Source of the DNA: Octopus sinensis
Taxonomy: Eukaryota
Assembly: GCF_006345805.1 (NCBI RefSeq)
Contig: NW_021827256.1
Span: forward strand, 1 to 10,765
Length of the DNA: 10,765 nucleotides
Reading direction: 5' to 3'
Shown here: positions 8,520 to 10,765 of the stretch, piece after piece
Numbering within the stretch: the first letter of the stretch is position 1
Layout of the letters: every line of letters begins with the position of its first letter
Made by a program: the position numbers and the translations under genes
The notes under the pieces: model-generated
Told to the model about the DNA's origin: nothing
Database searches by the model: none
The model's input: only the letters and a program-made list of their open reading frames with translations

Positions 8520-9030
8520 TATATAGTTTGTGGGTTATGCAAAGCACGGATCTCCCGAAGAGCCAATGGCTCACATGAGCTACTATTCAAAAGGGAAGAG
8601 GACTTTCGATCTTTTCAGATCGATTGGGCTCAGAATCATCCTTTAGGATGCGTGGCCATTAGATTGAGATGGCTACCCCTATCAAGTCCGAACTCATAAT
8701 AAGAAAAATTCCATATTGAGTTCGAGTGGTCTCGAAAAGCTCTTGTCGAGAGTAATCTCCAAAGGCTTTGTTTTGGAAAGATTCTATAAGAATGGGGAGC
8801 CTCTAATTCTAGGAAACTCATTGTCATCGACAAAGTCGAAGCACAGTCTCTGATAAATCTGGGAGTGAAAATTGGTTTAACTCCACTGAGATTTGAATGG
8901 TTTAAATGACCTCAAGTGCGATGTTTTCGCTATCAGAATTTCGGTCACATTGCATCTTTCTGCAAGGAGTCTCTGCGCTGTTTCCTATGTGGGGCATGCA
9001 TAAATCGGATAATTGTCCTTCCGTGTATCA
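8520..9030 (+). mobile_element. Gag-like ORF1 fragment of an I/Jockey/R1-type LINE
   Basis: ELIIRKIP...LINLGVKIGLTPLRFEWFK*PQVRCFRYQNFGHIASFCKESLRCFLCGGMHKSDNCP: an RRM-like segment followed by two CCHC knuckles (the first has C>Y). 5' boundary approximate. Confidence 0.72.
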
Positions 9031-9059
9031 ACTGTGGCCTGTCGACGCCAGAGCCAATG

Positions 9060-9717
9060 AGGATGCTCAAATATTGAGTTTTTATTTTGCCAACAAATAC
9101 AACACCGTATTTGCAGCCATTGGATATGGGAATAATCAAGACCTTTAAAGATTATTACTCAAATTATCTGATTCAGTTTTTGTGCTTTGAGGATGATGGT
9201 GATGAATTCAAACGGTCGATAAACAAAATAAACCTTCGTCAGGTAATCCTGCTAATTTCTAAAAGCTGGGAAAAACTTGATCCAGTTAAATTTAATTGTT
9301 GGAATCAAATTGAAAAGATTCGTGATTCCGTAAGAATTGAAGATAGCATTACAGAAGAATTAATCAACAATGCCGTAAACGAAACATTGGATGGGGAAAA
9401 TGACGAATTCGTCGATAATATTTATAACGAAAGTTTAGAAAACGATAACATGGAACAAGTCTAAGAGAAACGCAAGATTCTCTTGATCAGTTAGAAAAGA
9501 AAATTTTTCACATATCTCCTGAAATGCTCAAAGAATTTACGATTTTCGACTTAATTTTATGAAAAAATATAAGAAGTAAAGGAAACTGGGGATAAATTAA
9601 CTGATTATTTTTCTAAAATGATTTTTGATGCTTAAAAATCTCTGTTTTTATTAAACCCCTGTTTTGGGGCACCCCCGCTTTTTTGGGCACTTGGTGCCCC
9701 AATTCGGGGTCGGACTG
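9060..9717 (+). mobile_element. pogo/Tigger DNA transposon, 3' part (DDE_1 C-terminus plus right TIR)
   Basis: PTNTTPYLQPLDMGIIKTFKDYY...INLRQVILLISKSWEKL...NCW, then an acidic tail. The terminus ...GGTGCCCCAATTCGGGGTCGGACTG (9717) is followed by TA; its reverse complement starts CAGT. GGGCAC motifs are repeated at 9665-9700. Confidence 0.85.
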
Positions 9718-9739
9718 TACCATGGAAAACAAAACAAAC

Positions 9740-10260
9740 TCAGTTACGGGAACAGGAACCTCAGTCTATTACAGAGCGAACTTGAAGGTGAGGACCATCA
9801 GAATTATGAAGAGACTCTGTGAAGTACACGACCGCTGGGTGGCTGACCATTGGTGGAATGTACTCAAAGTCTCTAGGGCGTTATTCAAATGTCATTTGGA
9901 CGTTCTTTGAAGAAAACTCCTTAGCAATCCTAGCCGGAGATCTTAACGCGATGTGAAACAACGAACATGGATGGAGTTGTCTTTGAAGAGTTAGCCAGTA
10001 GTCTGGACTTTTCTGTCTTTACTTCGAAAGAACTGAATCACTCCTGACAGAGGCCGGGATGATCGTTTGGGTCTCTTTCTATACTCGGCGTCAATTAGTC
10101 TCTTATGTTATATACCAAGATTGGAGGCGGACATTGTCTCTGACTATATCCCCCAAACAATGCGAATACGGATAACTTTGAATGTTACTGAGGACTTATT
10201 CATTGGTTACAACCTCGTAAATATGGACTGGAGCTTATTTGAATTGTAGAGTCTCTTTGA
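9740..10260 (+). mobile_element. Degenerate APE endonuclease (ORF2 N-terminus) of an I/Jockey-type LINE
   Basis: GTGTSVYYR, LTIGGMYS, AILAGDLNA, DRLGLFL, SDYIP (SDH motif), YNLVNMDWSLF. Confidence 0.72.
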
Positions 10261-10403
10261 ACTGTCGTCCTCCAGCACTTGAGAAGCAGAGAGGATACTG
10301 ACAACCTAAGATCATCAATCATAAAATTCCTGGACACTTACGCTGGAAAAATTATTGGAGATCTAAATGAACATAGAATCATCAATTGACAATTAATTTG
10401 CAA

Positions 10404-10582
10404 TTTTTTTCATGTTTATTACAAAAAGAATTCGGTCAAGTGTTCGAAAACTTCATGGACGGGAAGCCGACGCGATCGAGAAAGAATTAGAGCGTACTAT
10501 CGCAAGGGATATCCGCTCGAAAAACCATCTTGATTCGCGGGCGTCGCCTGTGATAGCAGACATGCGGGGACCCGATCTCTGA
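10404..10582 (-). mobile_element. 5'-truncated 3' end of a CRE-clade retrotransposon with poly(A) remnant
   Basis: EIG.RMSAITGDARESRWFFERISLAIVRSNSFSIASASRP* (stop 10453-10455) resembles the CRE C-terminal consensus QRISLAIQRGNA. AATAAA (10415-10420) and A7 (10404-10410) follow on the minus strand. Confidence 0.75.
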
Positions 10583-10765
10583 ATTTTGAAATTAGAATTT
10601 AATCTAGTTACATCAACTAGAAGTTAAAGCCATCCATCCGAAGTGGCCCCCGCCGACATTTCGGGTTAAAGTACAGTTTTGATGCGTAATATATCACTAT
10701 TTGATGGATTTGAATCTTCTTGAGTATTGACTTGGAATATGTGTTTAAACCCTCCACAGATTTGT

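Noticed and set aside
9655-9717. GC-rich hairpin-like sequence resembling a terminator or ncRNA
   Set aside because: Explained by the pogo right TIR and its internal GGGCAC/GTGCCC motifs.
10585-10765. Possible further coding or TE fragment at the window end
   Set aside because: No motif recognised in the frames I read; too short to call.

Overview
Eukaryotic nuclear DNA from an organism with ultra-short (mostly 21-31 nt) GT-AG introns. A dicyemid-like compact genome is my inference, not proven. The left third holds two head-to-head host genes: an ANKMY1-like MORN+ankyrin gene (minus strand, runs off the window) and an RBBP6-like gene (DWNN, zinc knuckle, RING, RS tail; plus strand). The rest is mostly a transposon cluster. 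First is a Buster/Charlie-type hAT element (3656-5959, perfect 8-bp TSD ATGTAGAA) that carries a Merlin/ISXO2-type transposase gene interrupted by five tiny introns and has a duplicated right end. It is followed by an orphan intron-containing gene fragment, an internally deleted RTE-like LINE, two CRE-clade fragments, and a Jockey/I-like LINE split by a pogo/Tigger 3' end. Many single-base frameshifts, mostly at short homopolymers, suggest an unpolished long-read consensus. All family assignments come from motif recognition by eye; no searches were run.
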